Below are positions 1 to 9,287 of a stretch of DNA of 64,000 nt, piece after piece. The position numbers and the translations under genes are program-made. Every line of letters begins with the position of its first letter. The stretch's first letter is position 1. Below the pieces are notes generated by a model, which ran no database searches, had not been told where the DNA came from, and saw only the letters and a program-made list of their open reading frames with translations. The stretch covers positions 2,015 to 66,014 of the forward strand of contig JAZDFF010000015.1 in assembly GCA_043808095.1 (NCBI GenBank). The letters run 5' to 3'. This DNA comes from Candidatus Omnitrophota bacterium (lineage in GTDB: Bacteria > Omnitrophota > Gorgyraeia > JAZDFF01).

Positions 1-169
1 CGAATATTATCTTATTAATGCCTTTTAAGTTAACTTTAAGATTAATCCTTTTAGCTAAATCCAAGGCATCGAGACATTGCCGAGGAAATCCATTTAGAGA
101 CTCGAGCATCCCTGATTTATCTAATGCGCGAATTTTCTTAATATTATCGAGGATTTTTGTGCTAAGCAT
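1..169 (-). CDS. bifunctional phosphoglucose/phosphomannose isomerase (SIS domain), 5' part only; runs off window
   Basis: Hand translation from ATG at 169: MLSTKILDNIKKIRALDKSGMLESLNGFPRQCLDA...; the LDxxxMxxxxxxFPxQ N-terminus is typical of PGI/PMI; start overlaps the ptsI stop. Confidence 0.7.
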   Translation of the reverse strand, partial: MLSTKILDNIKKIRALDKSGMLESLNGFPRQCLDALDLAKRINLKVNLKGINKIIF

Positions 170-1904
170 GATTTAATAATTCTTTAAGCCTCTTACGCGT
201 GTATTCCTCAACTTCCGTACCGGTGGACAGGGTAAGCGCCTGTTTTGCAATTCCCTGGGCCTCTTTCATGGTTACTGATCTAACCACGTGTTTAATCTTG
301 GGAACTAAAGAAGGTGAGACGCTAAACTCATCCAGTCCTAGCCCTAAAAGCAAAAGCGCCAACTCCGGTTCACCGGCCATCTCTCCGCACATCCCTACGC
401 AAACTCCTGCCTGGTGGCCTGCATCAATAATATTTTTGATCAGTCTTAAAACTGCCGGATGGGCCGGCTCATAAAGATAGGCGATTTTTTCGTTGGTGCG
501 GTCAACCGCAAGTGAATACTGAATAAGGTCATTTGTACCGATGCTGAAAAAATTCGCCTCTTCTGCCAGGATATCACAGATCATTGCCGCCGAAGGCACC
601 TCGATCATCGCCCCGACCTGGATATCTTCATCAAAGGGTTTGCCCTCTTTTCTTAATTCTCCCTTGGCCTCATCTAATAAGGCGTTTGCCTGCTGCAATT
701 CCTCTAATCCCGAAATCATCGGATACATTATCTTTATTTCTCCGGCTGCCGAGGCACGCAGTATAGCGCGCAGTTGCGTCTTAAAGATATCCGGACGTGC
801 TAAACAGAACCTGATTGCCCGCCAGCCTAAAAACGGCAACATATCCCGCGGCACACTGAGACTTGATAAGAATTTATCCCCTCCCAAATCGATAGTGCGG
901 ATAATAACAGAATGAGGGGAAATCTTCTCGATAACTGCCTTATAGGCAGCGAAATGTTCTTCTTCGCTGGGCAGATCCTTCCTATTCATATAAAAGTATT
1001 CCGTCCGATACAGGCCGATTCCTTCGGCACCGTATTCGATAACAGAAGGGATCTCCTCGGGTAATTCGATATTAGCCGCAAGTTTCACTTTCTTGCCGTC
1101 TTTAGTTTGGGCGGCTAAATCTTTTAGATTCGAATATATTTTAGAAAGATCCTGGAATTTGTATTCTTCCAGGCGGTAGGCCTCTACAGTATTTTCATCG
1201 GGATTAATAACTACTATGCCCTGGCTCCCGTCGACTATGAGTAAATCACCGGACCTGATTCTTACTGTGGCATTCTCAACACCTACCACTGCCGGGATTT
1301 CAAGGCTCTTGGCCATAATCGCCGTATGCGAAGTCCGACCGCCGATGTCCGTAGCAAAGGCAAGAACACTTTTCTTATACATCGATGCTGTATCCGACGG
1401 AGAAAGATCATGGGCGACTATGATTATCCCCTCGCCTAAGGCCTCAAATCCCTTAGGGGCCTTTCCTAAAAGATGCTGCAGGACGCGCCTTCCTACATCG
1501 CTAATATCTGCCACCCTTTCTCTTAAGTACTCGTCTTCTATTTTAGAAAATACCTGGATATATTTTTTAAGCGCCTCGGAAAATACATACTCCACAGACA
1601 ATCTTTCTCTTTTAATGCGCGAGATTATCTCATCGATGAGCATGCGGTCTTCAATAACCAATAAATGTGCTTCAAATATCTGGGCCTCATCAACGCCCAT
1701 CTCTTGCGAAATCTTTTTCTGGATTTCTAAAATCTCGTGGCGCGTATCGATTAAGGCCTCTTCAAGCCGTGCGATCTCAAGGGGTACCTGGTCGTCGGCG
1801 ATCTCCTTTCTGGGTACAATAAATTCCTCTTTTGGCTTTAAGACAAAGGCCTTGCCAATTGCTACGCCTGGAGCCGCCGGTATCCCTTTTAATTGTTCGT
1901 TCAT
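162..1904 (-). CDS. ptsI: PTS enzyme I (PEP-protein phosphotransferase)
   Basis: 580 aa; GGRTSHTAI phospho-His motif, GIGLYRTE, FLGWRAIR, SIGTNDLIQY, GMCGEMAG. Confidence 0.97.
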   Translation of the reverse strand: MNEQLKGIPAAPGVAIGKAFVLKPKEEFIVPRKEIADDQVPLEIARLEEALIDTRHEILEIQKKISQEMGVDEAQIFEAHLLVIEDRMLIDEIISRIKRERLSVEYVFSEALKKYIQVFSKIEDEYLRERVADISDVGRRVLQHLLGKAPKGFEALGEGIIIVAHDLSPSDTASMYKKSVLAFATDIGGRTSHTAIMAKSLEIPAVVGVENATVRIRSGDLLIVDGSQGIVVINPDENTVEAYRLEEYKFQDLSKIYSNLKDLAAQTKDGKKVKLAANIELPEEIPSVIEYGAEGIGLYRTEYFYMNRKDLPSEEEHFAAYKAVIEKISPHSVIIRTIDLGGDKFLSSLSVPRDMLPFLGWRAIRFCLARPDIFKTQLRAILRASAAGEIKIMYPMISGLEELQQANALLDEAKGELRKEGKPFDEDIQVGAMIEVPSAAMICDILAEEANFFSIGTNDLIQYSLAVDRTNEKIAYLYEPAHPAVLRLIKNIIDAGHQAGVCVGMCGEMAGEPELALLLLGLGLDEFSVSPSLVPKIKHVVRSVTMKEAQGIAKQALTLSTGTEVEEYTRKRLKELLNHA

Positions 1905-1935
1905 ATCTTTATGGGTTTAAAAAACTATTTTTTAG

Positions 1936-2049
1936 CACAAATTCTCACGAATCCCTGCCTGCCGGCAGGCAGGAAAATCCGAATTTACACAGATTATTCA
2001 CAGACGCAATTCGTGCAGATTCGATAAAAATTCGTGTGGATTTGTGTGA
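1936..2049. repeat. mirror array, CACGAAT/ATTCGTG type, with inserted CCTGCCTGCCGGCAGGCAGG (1954-1973)
   Basis: Direct units followed by their reverse complements. Confidence 0.75.
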
Positions 2050-2074
2050 AATTATGTCTTTTCCAGAAATTTCT

Positions 2075-2341
2075 CTATAATTCCTCTTTACTGACTAAAT
2101 TCTCTAATTCTTTGACCGCCTCGTCAGCATCCTCGCCTTGGGCTATAATTTGAATGTAACTGCCTTTTTCTACAGCAAGCATCAATATGCCCATAATAGA
2201 TTTGCCATTTACTTCCTCATTGTCTTTTTTTACCGCTATGGCAGAGTCAAATTTATTGGCCAGTTGTACAAACAAGGCCGCGGGCCTGGCATGTAAACCC
2301 TGTTTATTTTTTATAATGACTTTTTTGCTAAGTGTTGGCAT
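2075..2341 (-). CDS. ptsH: phosphocarrier protein HPr
   Basis: GLHARPAA (His15) and NGKSIMGIL (Ser46); start placed at MPTLSKK. Confidence 0.95.
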   Translation of the reverse strand: MPTLSKKVIIKNKQGLHARPAALFVQLANKFDSAIAVKKDNEEVNGKSIMGILMLAVEKGSYIQIIAQGEDADEAVKELENLVSKEEL

Positions 2342-2369
2342 TTTATTGATAATGGCAAAACTAATGGAA

Positions 2370-2535
2370 CACAAATGAACACTGATTACACACAAATAAA
2401 CACGAATTTATCGTTGGAATTTATTCGTGAGAATTCGTGTGTCCCGAATGAAGCAATTGCTTATGTTTAGCTTCAGGATCCCGAAGTGATTCTTAAGAAA
2501 TCACTACATTCGGGGCAATTTGTGAGAATTCGTGC
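2370..2535. repeat. mirror array, CACGAAT type, with inserted TCCCGAA..TTCGGG double hairpin (~2442-2515)
   Basis: 4 forward units and 4 reverse units. Confidence 0.75.
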
Positions 2536-2572
2536 ATTGGTTATGCAAAGATTAATAGTTAACTGAAAAATA

Positions 2573-3043
2573 TTAAATCTTTCTCTCGTCTTCCTGGGTG
2601 ATAATCTTAATGATAGCCTTATCGTCTTTTGCGCCTTTTAGGCTTTCCCTGAAATATCTATCCTTTAAAAGGCGGGATATGCGTGCCAACGCCTTTAAAT
2701 GAGGCCCTGCAGAATCTGTGGACGCCAACAAAAGAAAAAAGATGTATACGGGCTCTCCATCTAAGGAATCGAAGTCAACCCCCTTCTGAGATATACCGCA
2801 TGCGCCCACCAGCTTCTGGACGCAATCAGTCTTGCCGTGGGGAATGCCTACGCCTTGTCCTATGGCCGTAGAGCCTAGCGCCTCTCGCGCAAGAAGGGTA
2901 TCGACGATTTTAGCCTTATCTCTTTTTTCGATCTCACCGGCATTGATAAGAAGATCTGCGAGTTCTCTGATTATCTCTTCTTTATTTGTGCCTTTTAGAT
3001 CTGCAGATATTGCCTTTTTACTCAAGAAATCCATCATCAACAT
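2573..3043 (-). CDS. ptsN: PTS EIIA (Ntr/fructose family)
   Basis: REALGSTAIGQGVGIPHGK, GVDFDSLDGEPV, HLKALARISR. Confidence 0.88.
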   Translation of the reverse strand: MLMMDFLSKKAISADLKGTNKEEIIRELADLLINAGEIEKRDKAKIVDTLLAREALGSTAIGQGVGIPHGKTDCVQKLVGACGISQKGVDFDSLDGEPVYIFFLLLASTDSAGPHLKALARISRLLKDRYFRESLKGAKDDKAIIKIITQEDERKI

Positions 3044-3100
3044 TTGCTGCCTCCCCTTTGTTTTATGATAAACATGCTTAAATTTTATTTGATTCTAAAG

Positions 3101-3173
3101 AGCGGCGGATGGGATTTGAACCCACGCCATCCTGCTTGGCAAGCAGGCATTCTAGCCACTGAATTACCGCCGC
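3101..3173 (-). tRNA. tRNA-Gly(GCC)
   Basis: Reverse complement GCGGCGGTAATTCAGTGGCTAGAATGCCTGCTTGCCAAGCAGGATGGCGTGGGTTCAAATCCCATCCGCCGCT folds as a cloverleaf; anticodon loop TTGCCAA. Confidence 0.93.
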
Positions 3174-3200
3174 ATGACTTCTATTGCCATATTGCTAAAT

Positions 3201-3384
3201 TGTCAACGCTTCGTATACCCCGATGGCAAGCATCGGGGCTTGTTTTCTGAATATTCAGTTCTTCTTGGGCATCCTCAGTGTTGACACTGAGAGCGACAAG
3301 CCCTTGCTTTTCTTTTGTGCCTTCGGCACATCGGCTCTTAAGTCCCCAAGGTCAAGCCTTGGGACTTGTCGCCGAATGTGTCAA
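3201..3384. mobile_element. multi-hairpin non-coding element, possible non-autonomous IS200/IS605-type (PATE-like) element
   Basis: Hairpins CCCCGATG-GCAAG-CATCGGGG, CTCAGTGT-TG-ACACTGAG and CCCAAGG-TCAAG-CCTTGGG; TGTCAA at both ends; no credible ORF. Confidence 0.4.
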
Positions 3385-3441
3385 ATTGATAACTTTAAAC
3401 AATACAGCAGTTTAACAGTTTAACAATATGAAAATTCTTTA

Positions 3442-3539
3442 TGGGCGGAAGAGGATTTTCCCGCTACAATAAGTTATTAGCTTGTTGGCGGGATCCCGAA
3501 GATATTCTTACGAAGTTTCTGCATTCGGGAGAACCTTCT
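3442..3539 (-). pseudogene. tRNA 3'-end remnant (T-arm plus acceptor strand) interrupted by a 72-nt double hairpin
   Basis: Removing 3459-3530 gives AGAAGGTTCAAATCCTCTTCCGCCCA on the minus strand; no matching 5' half seen. Confidence 0.55.
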
Positions 3540-3558
3540 TTCGCTATTTAGTCATTCT

Positions 3559-3640
3559 TGCGGACGGAGGGAATTGAACCCCCATGAGTTTCCCCATATG
3601 GTCCTAAGCCATACGCGTCTGCCAGTTCCGCCACGTCCGC
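3559..3640 (-). tRNA. tRNA-Leu(TAG)
   Basis: GCGGACGTGGCGGAACTGGCAGACGCGTATGGCTTAGGACCATATGGGGAAACTCATGGGGGTTCAATTCCCTCCGTCCGCA; variable arm present, anticodon TAG. Confidence 0.94.
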
Positions 3641-3717
3641 GCTAAATCTGCTGTCCCTCGCAGACAACTTTTGCACCGTCTCTACTCGGGATTAAAATTT
3701 TATTTCTAAAATTTTAA

Positions 3718-3790
3718 TGAGCCACCCGCGGCTCGAACGCGGCACACCCACCTTAAAAGGGTGGTGCTCTACCAGATGAGCTAGTGGCCC
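3718..3790 (-). tRNA. tRNA-Lys(TTT)
   Basis: GGGCCACTAGCTCATCTGGTAGAGCACCACCCTTTTAAGGTGGGTGTGCCGCGTTCGAGCCGCGGGTGGCTCA; anticodon loop CTTTTAA. Confidence 0.93.
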
Positions 3791-3885
3791 TGAAATTTTA
3801 CAAAGTAAAATTTCACCCCGAGGCTCTGCATCTTATTCATTTGAGCCGAGGGGTAAATCTTAGTTTAAAGTTTTAAGTCAAAGGT

Positions 3886-4446
3886 TTAGAATTTAATTAT
3901 CTCTTCTTCTTTTTCTTTTAAAAGAGAATCAATCTTCTCAATGTACTTATCCGTAATCTTCTGGACCTCATCCTGATATCGGAAGCGGTCATCCTCGGTG
4001 ATCGCAGAGTCCTTCTCTAGTTTTCTTATTGCTTCAATAGCGTCCCGCCGGATCGTCCTTAAAGAGACCCTGCCTTCTTCGGCCATCTTATGCACAACTT
4101 TCACTAACTCCTCGCGTCTTTCTTTAGATAAAGGCGGCACTGCTAATCTTATCACTTTTCCGTCATTAGCGGGGTTTATGCCTAGATTAGAAGCCAGAAT
4201 CTTTTTTTCTATCTCGCCTAAGACTGTAACATCCCAGGGCTGGATTACAATGAGATGGGCATCTGGGGCAGAAATTGACGCTACCTGCTTTAAAGGAAGA
4301 TGCGAGCCGTAATACTCCACATGCAGGCCTTCTACAAGAGTAGGAGATGCCCGGCCAGTACGAATCTCCGAAAATTCCCTCCGAGTCGACTCCAAGGCCT
4401 TTTTCATATTTTCTTCTGAATGACTCATCAATTCTTTTATATTCAT
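3886..4446 (-). CDS. frr: ribosome recycling factor
   Basis: IRTGRASP, NPANDGKVIRL, PPLSKERREEL; canonical rpsB-tsf-pyrH-frr order. Confidence 0.97.
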   Translation of the reverse strand: MNIKELMSHSEENMKKALESTRREFSEIRTGRASPTLVEGLHVEYYGSHLPLKQVASISAPDAHLIVIQPWDVTVLGEIEKKILASNLGINPANDGKVIRLAVPPLSKERREELVKVVHKMAEEGRVSLRTIRRDAIEAIRKLEKDSAITEDDRFRYQDEVQKITDKYIEKIDSLLKEKEEEIIKF

Positions 4447-4498
4447 TTTGGCACCTCAATTTTTTATTCTAAAAACCTGGAAAAAAGAATGATGGTTC

Positions 4499-5218
4499 TT
4501 ATTTTACTGTTGTCCCGATATGCTCTCCCAGGATGACCCGTTTGATATTTCCAGGTAGGTTGAGATTAAAGACAATTATAGGCAGACGATTATCCATACA
4601 AAGGCTAATCGACGTAGCATCCATTACCTTGAGGCCTTTTTTAAGCACCTCTATGTATCTAAGGCTATTAAATTTCTTGGCTGACCTATATTTAAGCGGG
4701 TCTCTAGAGTATACCCCGTCTACTTTGGTTGCCTTTAAAATAACATCTGCCTTTATCTCCATAGCCCTAAGGGCTGCAGCAGTATCCGTGGTAAAATAAG
4801 GATTACCTGTCCCGGCGACAAATATAACCACACGGCCTTTTTCTAAATGCCGAAGAGCCCTTCGCCTGATATATGGCTCAGCCACCTCATGCATCTCGAT
4901 GGCCGTCAGTACTCTTGTGGGAACACCAAGTCTCTCTAGTGTATCCTGTAGGGCCAGGCCATTTATTACTGTGGCCAGCATCCCCATATAGTCCGCAACA
5001 GAGCGGTCCATGCCTTCGTCGACTTCGCCTTCTTGACCGCGGAAGATATTGCCCCCTCCCACAACCACTGCCACCTGTACGCCTAAGTGGATTATCTCTT
5101 TAATCTGGGTGGCGATAGAACGGCAGGTCTTATAATCAATGCCGTAATTTTTCTCGCCCTGCAGCGCCTCGCCGCTCAACTTTAAGACAACTCTTTTATA
5201 TCTGGGTTTTTTTGTCAT
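4499..5218 (-). CDS. pyrH: UMP kinase
   Basis: [33 protein letters not shown]. Confidence 0.98.
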   Translation of the reverse strand: MTKKPRYKRVVLKLSGEALQGEKNYGIDYKTCRSIATQIKEIIHLGVQVAVVVGGGNIFRGQEGEVDEGMDRSVADYMGMLATVINGLALQDTLERLGVPTRVLTAIEMHEVAEPYIRRRALRHLEKGRVVIFVAGTGNPYFTTDTAAALRAMEIKADVILKATKVDGVYSRDPLKYRSAKKFNSLRYIEVLKKGLKVMDATSISLCMDNRLPIIVFNLNLPGNIKRVILGEHIGTTVK

Positions 5219-5228
5219 TATTAAAAAT

Positions 5229-5344
5229 GATTCCTGAGATTAATTTAGATTACAGTGATTAAATACCTGTAATCGGTTTTTCCGCCATAATGCTTTGGCG
5301 GACCCGCCAATCTTTGTGGCGGGAAAAATCACTGTAATCAAATC
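5229..5344. repeat. mirror array, GATTACAG/CTGTAATC type, with inserted CCGCC double hairpin
   Basis: GATTACAGTGATT ... AATCACTGTAATC. Confidence 0.75.
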
Positions 5345-5364
5345 CAATATTTTTTTCAACCAGA

Positions 5365-5892
5365 CTACTCCTGGCCTAATTGAAAACGAGCAAACCTTCT
5401 GATAACAATATTTTCTCCGGTTTTAGCGATTAAGGCATGCAGCCTGTCTCTTATCTTAAGACTCTGGTCTTTGATGAAAGGCTGCTCCAGTAAACAATGC
5501 GTCTGGTAAAATCTTTCGGCATCCGTCTCTTTGCCGAGCAGATCCTTCGGGACATCTTCTTGTTTTATATACTGGGGATTCATGGCAACTATCTGCATAA
5601 CCACTTCTTTGGCAAAATTGATAAATTCGTCCGTCTTAGCCACAAAATCAGTCTGGCAGTTAATCTCAACCATGGCGCCGAGTTTTGCGCCCATATGAAT
5701 ATAGGATTCGACTCTTCCTTGTTTAGCCACGAGATCCTGTTTCTTTTTCGCAGTCTCAAGGCCCTTTTTACGCAAAACCTCTATAGCCTTCTCAATATTT
5801 CCTTTTGTTTCCTTAAGGGCGCTGCGGCAATCATTCACCCCGACGCCAGTAAGATTGCGCAGTTCTTTAATTAATTCTACAGATATCTCCAT
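5365..5892 (-). CDS. tsf: elongation factor Ts (short form)
   Basis: IKELRNLTG, EINCQTDFVAK, GENIVIRRFARF; start placed at MEISVEL. Confidence 0.96.
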   Translation of the reverse strand: MEISVELIKELRNLTGVGVNDCRSALKETKGNIEKAIEVLRKKGLETAKKKQDLVAKQGRVESYIHMGAKLGAMVEINCQTDFVAKTDEFINFAKEVVMQIVAMNPQYIKQEDVPKDLLGKETDAERFYQTHCLLEQPFIKDQSLKIRDRLHALIAKTGENIVIRRFARFQLGQE

Positions 5893-5896
5893 AGAT

Positions 5897-6775
5897 TCAA
5901 ACCTCTTCTTTGGATTTAGGATTGACTTTCTTGACATGAGGCTTTGCCTTTGCGGGTTTCGCCTCTTCCAATACCTCTGTTTCCAATTTCTCTAACTTAA
6001 CATCCAGTTCAATGGGCTTTAACTCTACTGCCCCTTCTTTTTCTTCTTGCGCCTTCACCCGGATCTCTTCTTTCACCTGCAGGTTATCAAGAAATCTTTT
6101 TCTTCCTGCAACAAGGCTGTCGCTTACCAAAGAGGTAATAGTCTGGATGGATTTTATGGCATCATCATTGCCGGGTATGGGATAGTCAATACCTTCAGGA
6201 TTACAATTGGTATCAATTAATGCCACAACCGGAATCTTAAGGCGCCTCGCCTCAAAGATCGCCGTCTTTTCTTTATTGGGATCAACGACATAAATGGCCG
6301 AAGGTAAATTCTCCATATCCAAGATACCAGCAAAACTCCTTCTTAGGCGTTCCATCTCTTTGGTCAGGCTGGAGACCTCTTTTTTAGCAAGAACCTCAAA
6401 TAGACCGTCCGCTTGCATCTTCTTAATCTCTTTGTAGCGATTGATAGATTTTTTTATGGTCTTAAAATTGGTCATCATCCCGCCAACCCATCTCTGGTCA
6501 ATATAAAACATATTTGCTTTTTTGGCAGCCTCTCTTATTATATCCTGGGCCTGTCTCTTGGTGCCTACTAATAATACCTTGCTCCCGCTTGCAGCTAAAT
6601 CCTCTAAGAAAACTCTCGCCTTGTTTAAAGATATCACGGTCTTTTCAAGATCTATGATATAAATCCCGCTTTTTTCCCCAAAAACATAGTCCTTCATCTT
6701 GGGATTCCAGCGTTTCTTTTGGTGTCCAAAGTGAACCCCTGCCGCCAGCAGTTGTTTTAGTAATTCTGTAGCCAA
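5897..6775 (-). CDS. rpsB: 30S ribosomal protein S2
   Basis: AGVHFGHQ..RWNPKM, IPGNDDAIKS; TTG start at 6775 behind a GGAGGTG SD. Confidence 0.97.
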   Translation of the reverse strand: MATELLKQLLAAGVHFGHQKKRWNPKMKDYVFGEKSGIYIIDLEKTVISLNKARVFLEDLAASGSKVLLVGTKRQAQDIIREAAKKANMFYIDQRWVGGMMTNFKTIKKSINRYKEIKKMQADGLFEVLAKKEVSSLTKEMERLRRSFAGILDMENLPSAIYVVDPNKEKTAIFEARRLKIPVVALIDTNCNPEGIDYPIPGNDDAIKSIQTITSLVSDSLVAGRKRFLDNLQVKEEIRVKAQEEKEGAVELKPIELDVKLEKLETEVLEEAKPAKAKPHVKKVNPKSKEEV

Positions 6776-6819
6776 ATTTACACCTCCAATGTAAAGACTG
6801 TTGAAAAATAACCTCTGAT

Positions 6820-6909
6820 ACCGCAAAGACGCAAAAATCCGCCAAGACGCAAAAATATTATTATCAACATATTCTTTGCGCTTTTGCGGTAATTTTGCGT
6901 TTTAGCGGT
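6820..6909. repeat. mirror array, CGCAAA/TTTGCG type, in the rpsB leader
   Basis: ACCGCAAAGACGCAAAAATCCGCCAAGACGCAAA ... TTTGCGCTTTTGCGGTAATTTTGCGTTTTAGCGGT. Confidence 0.75.
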
Positions 6910-6978
6910 GTAAATTCAATTATAAACAGCCTTATGTTGTAAGTTTTAGTTGCTTAATCCAAAATTGCCGATTTTAGT

Positions 6979-7007
6979 AATATACCTTATTTTATTTGGC
7001 TTGGCAA
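6979..7007 (-). promoter_or_regulatory. sigma70-type promoter for the rpsB operon
   Basis: TTGCCA-17 bp-TATATT on the minus strand. Confidence 0.6.
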
Positions 7008-7017
7008 GTAATTTTTT

Positions 7018-7320
7018 AACGCAAAGGCGCAAAAAACCATCAAAGCGCTAAAAATACCTTACCGCAAAGACGCCCACCTTCGCTAAAGCTTCGGTGGGCA
7101 GTCCGCTGTAGCTGAAGGCGAAAGCACTTCAGCGAAGGCGGACGCAAAAGTACAGAAATAAATTTGCAGTTTTGCTGACTTTTGCGGTTTTGCGGTAATT
7201 TTGCGTCCTTCGATTACACTCAGGACGCAATCCTGAGCCCTTCGACTCGCTCGCCTCTGGCGAGCTCGCTCAGGGCGAATACTGAGCTTGTCGAAGTAGA
7301 GCACAGTCGAATGGATTGCG
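7018..7320. repeat. CGCAAA-type mirror array with two nested REP-like inserts (7073-7142, 7206-7315)
   Basis: CCCACCTTCGCTAAAGCTTCGGTGGG and CCTTCGA..CTCAGG..CTGAGC..GTCGAA hairpins. Confidence 0.7.
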
Positions 7321-7321
7321 A

Positions 7322-9109
7322 TTATTGCTCTAATTGCAGCTGATAAAGCCGCTGGTACAGGCCGCCTTTTTTAAGGAGCTCTTCGTGACTGCCTATTTCC
7401 TTAATCCTGCCTTTATCCATGACCACGATGCGGGTAGCGTTCCTTACCGTAGAAAGCCTATGTGCCACAATAAATACTGTGCGATTGGCGATTAAGGAAT
7501 CCAGGGCCTGTTGTACTATCTTCTCTGAGGCGCTGTCTAGTTGAGAGGTCGCTTCATCGAGGATAAGTATGGAAGGATCTTTTAAAAGGGCGCGGGCAAT
7601 GGCTATACGCTGCCTTTCTCCTCCTGATAACTTCATTCCCCTGTCACCGATAAGGGTATCATAGCCAAGCGGTAACTTAGAAATAAACTCATGGGCATAG
7701 GCCTTTTGGGCTGCCTCCATTATCTTACCGATAGAAACCTGGGGATTTCCATAGGCGATATTTGCCTTTATGGTGTCATTAAAAAGGATGGTCTCCTGAG
7801 TGACTATGCCTATCTCTCGTCTCAGGGATTTTAAGGTTACCTCTTTAAGATTAAAACCGTTGATTAAAATCTCTCCTTTTTGCGGGTCGTAAAAACGCGG
7901 TATCAGATCTACTAACGTGCTTTTTCCGACTCCGCTTGGCCCCACAATAGCAACTACCTCGCCGGCGTGTATCTCTAGGTCAATATCAGAAAGGACTTCT
8001 TCCTGTTCGTACCTGAAGGATACCCCCTTAAAGACTATGTCCTTATCAAATTTAGGCAGGGTATCCTCCGCGCCGGTTTCTACAACCTTGGGCTGAGTAT
8101 CCAATACCTCGTGGATGCGCCTTGAGGCTGCCAGGGCCTGCTGATTAATGGAATTTACCTGGCTTAATTTCTTAAACGGCCGGATTAACATTAAAAGACA
8201 GGCCAAAAAGAAAGAAAATGTCCCGAACGACATCCTGCCGGCAATAACCTCTCTACCTCCCCAGTAAAGCAGGAATACACCTATTATTGCTCCGATAAAT
8301 TCAGTGAGAGGCCCTAAAAAGAGATTGCGTTTTATCGATTTAATAGCAATTTTATAATAATCCTGGTTATTCCTGCCGAATTTCTCTATCTCGTAGTTTT
8401 CCATAGAGAATGCCTTGACGATCCTAACCCCTAAAATAGTCTCATATAAAAGAGAGCTTATATCAGCCATTTTAATCTGGGCCTTCTCAGAGAGTTTCCT
8501 TAGGATCTTGCCTACTTTTATGATCGGGAAACTTATTAAAGGTAATAAGATAAAACTAATAGCCGCTATCTTCCAATTGATATAAAATGCCCAGAAAGTA
8601 TAGAGGACCACTAAGGAGGACTGATAAACCAGGTCGGTTATGCCGTAAGAAACCGCATTCTCGACGAGCCTCACGTCGTTGGTTATCCTTGACATAATCT
8701 CTCCGCCTCTTTTATGGGTGAAATATTCCAAAGACAAGGACTGTATCTTTTTATATAGGGAATTACGGATATCCCTTACTACAAGCTGGCCGATATCAGA
8801 CATAAAATAACTATGAAAATAGGTGACAACTCCCTTAATAAGGATTAAGACGGGGATTACTATGACCATCAGCTTAATCATTTCAAGTGGGGCCAGGCCG
8901 TTTAAAAAGACTATCAAATTATTTAAAAAATCGGGTAATTTAACCGATACGACTATTGACCTATTGGAAAAGACCTTATCCAGTATGGGGATCATCATGG
9001 CTAATTGGATATTTTCCAAAAAGGCCGATAAGACCATAAAGACAATGGCCAGGTTGAATTCCGCCCGATGCGGCTTTACGAACTTAAGTAACCGGGAAAA
9101 TTCACTCAT
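7322..9109 (-). CDS. msbA: MsbA-like ABC transporter (lipid A flippase)
   Basis: TMD plus NBD: GPSGVGKS, LSGGERQR, ILDEATS; divergent from the lpxB operon. Confidence 0.8.
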   Translation of the reverse strand: MSEFSRLLKFVKPHRAEFNLAIVFMVLSAFLENIQLAMMIPILDKVFSNRSIVVSVKLPDFLNNLIVFLNGLAPLEMIKLMVIVIPVLILIKGVVTYFHSYFMSDIGQLVVRDIRNSLYKKIQSLSLEYFTHKRGGEIMSRITNDVRLVENAVSYGITDLVYQSSLVVLYTFWAFYINWKIAAISFILLPLISFPIIKVGKILRKLSEKAQIKMADISSLLYETILGVRIVKAFSMENYEIEKFGRNNQDYYKIAIKSIKRNLFLGPLTEFIGAIIGVFLLYWGGREVIAGRMSFGTFSFFLACLLMLIRPFKKLSQVNSINQQALAASRRIHEVLDTQPKVVETGAEDTLPKFDKDIVFKGVSFRYEQEEVLSDIDLEIHAGEVVAIVGPSGVGKSTLVDLIPRFYDPQKGEILINGFNLKEVTLKSLRREIGIVTQETILFNDTIKANIAYGNPQVSIGKIMEAAQKAYAHEFISKLPLGYDTLIGDRGMKLSGGERQRIAIARALLKDPSILILDEATSQLDSASEKIVQQALDSLIANRTVFIVAHRLSTVRNATRIVVMDKGRIKEIGSHEELLKKGGLYQRLYQLQLEQ

Positions 9110-9169
9110 CCTCTTATAGCTCCTTTTAATATCCTAGCAATATTAAGCCTTATAATACTATCATATGCA

Positions 9170-9198
9170 TTGACTTTTGTCTAATGTTTTGATACTAT
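9170..9198 (+). promoter_or_regulatory. sigma70-type promoter for gnnA-lpxB
   Basis: TTGACT-17 bp-TACTAT. Confidence 0.55.
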
Positions 9199-9200
9199 TA

Positions 9201-9287
9201 AACGCGAATACACGCGAATCTAACGCTAATGGTCGCGAATTTAGATATTAGCGTTAATTCGCGAAAGATCTAGCGAAAATTAGCGTT
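9201..9287. repeat. mirror array, CGC(G/T)AAT type
   Basis: 4 forward units and 4 reverse units; ends exactly at the ATG at 9288. Confidence 0.8.

Noticed and set aside
199-1920. Plus-strand ORFs (91-234 aa) over ptsI, and similar antisense ORFs throughout
   Set aside because: Shadow frames of well-supported genes with no recognisable motifs
3044-3423. 68-aa and 66-aa ORFs
   Set aside because: They overlap tRNA-Gly antisense and the structured element
7083-7304. 73-aa ORF; also the 62581-62901 and 62595-62864 ORFs
   Set aside because: They are translations of GC-rich REP-like hairpin stacks
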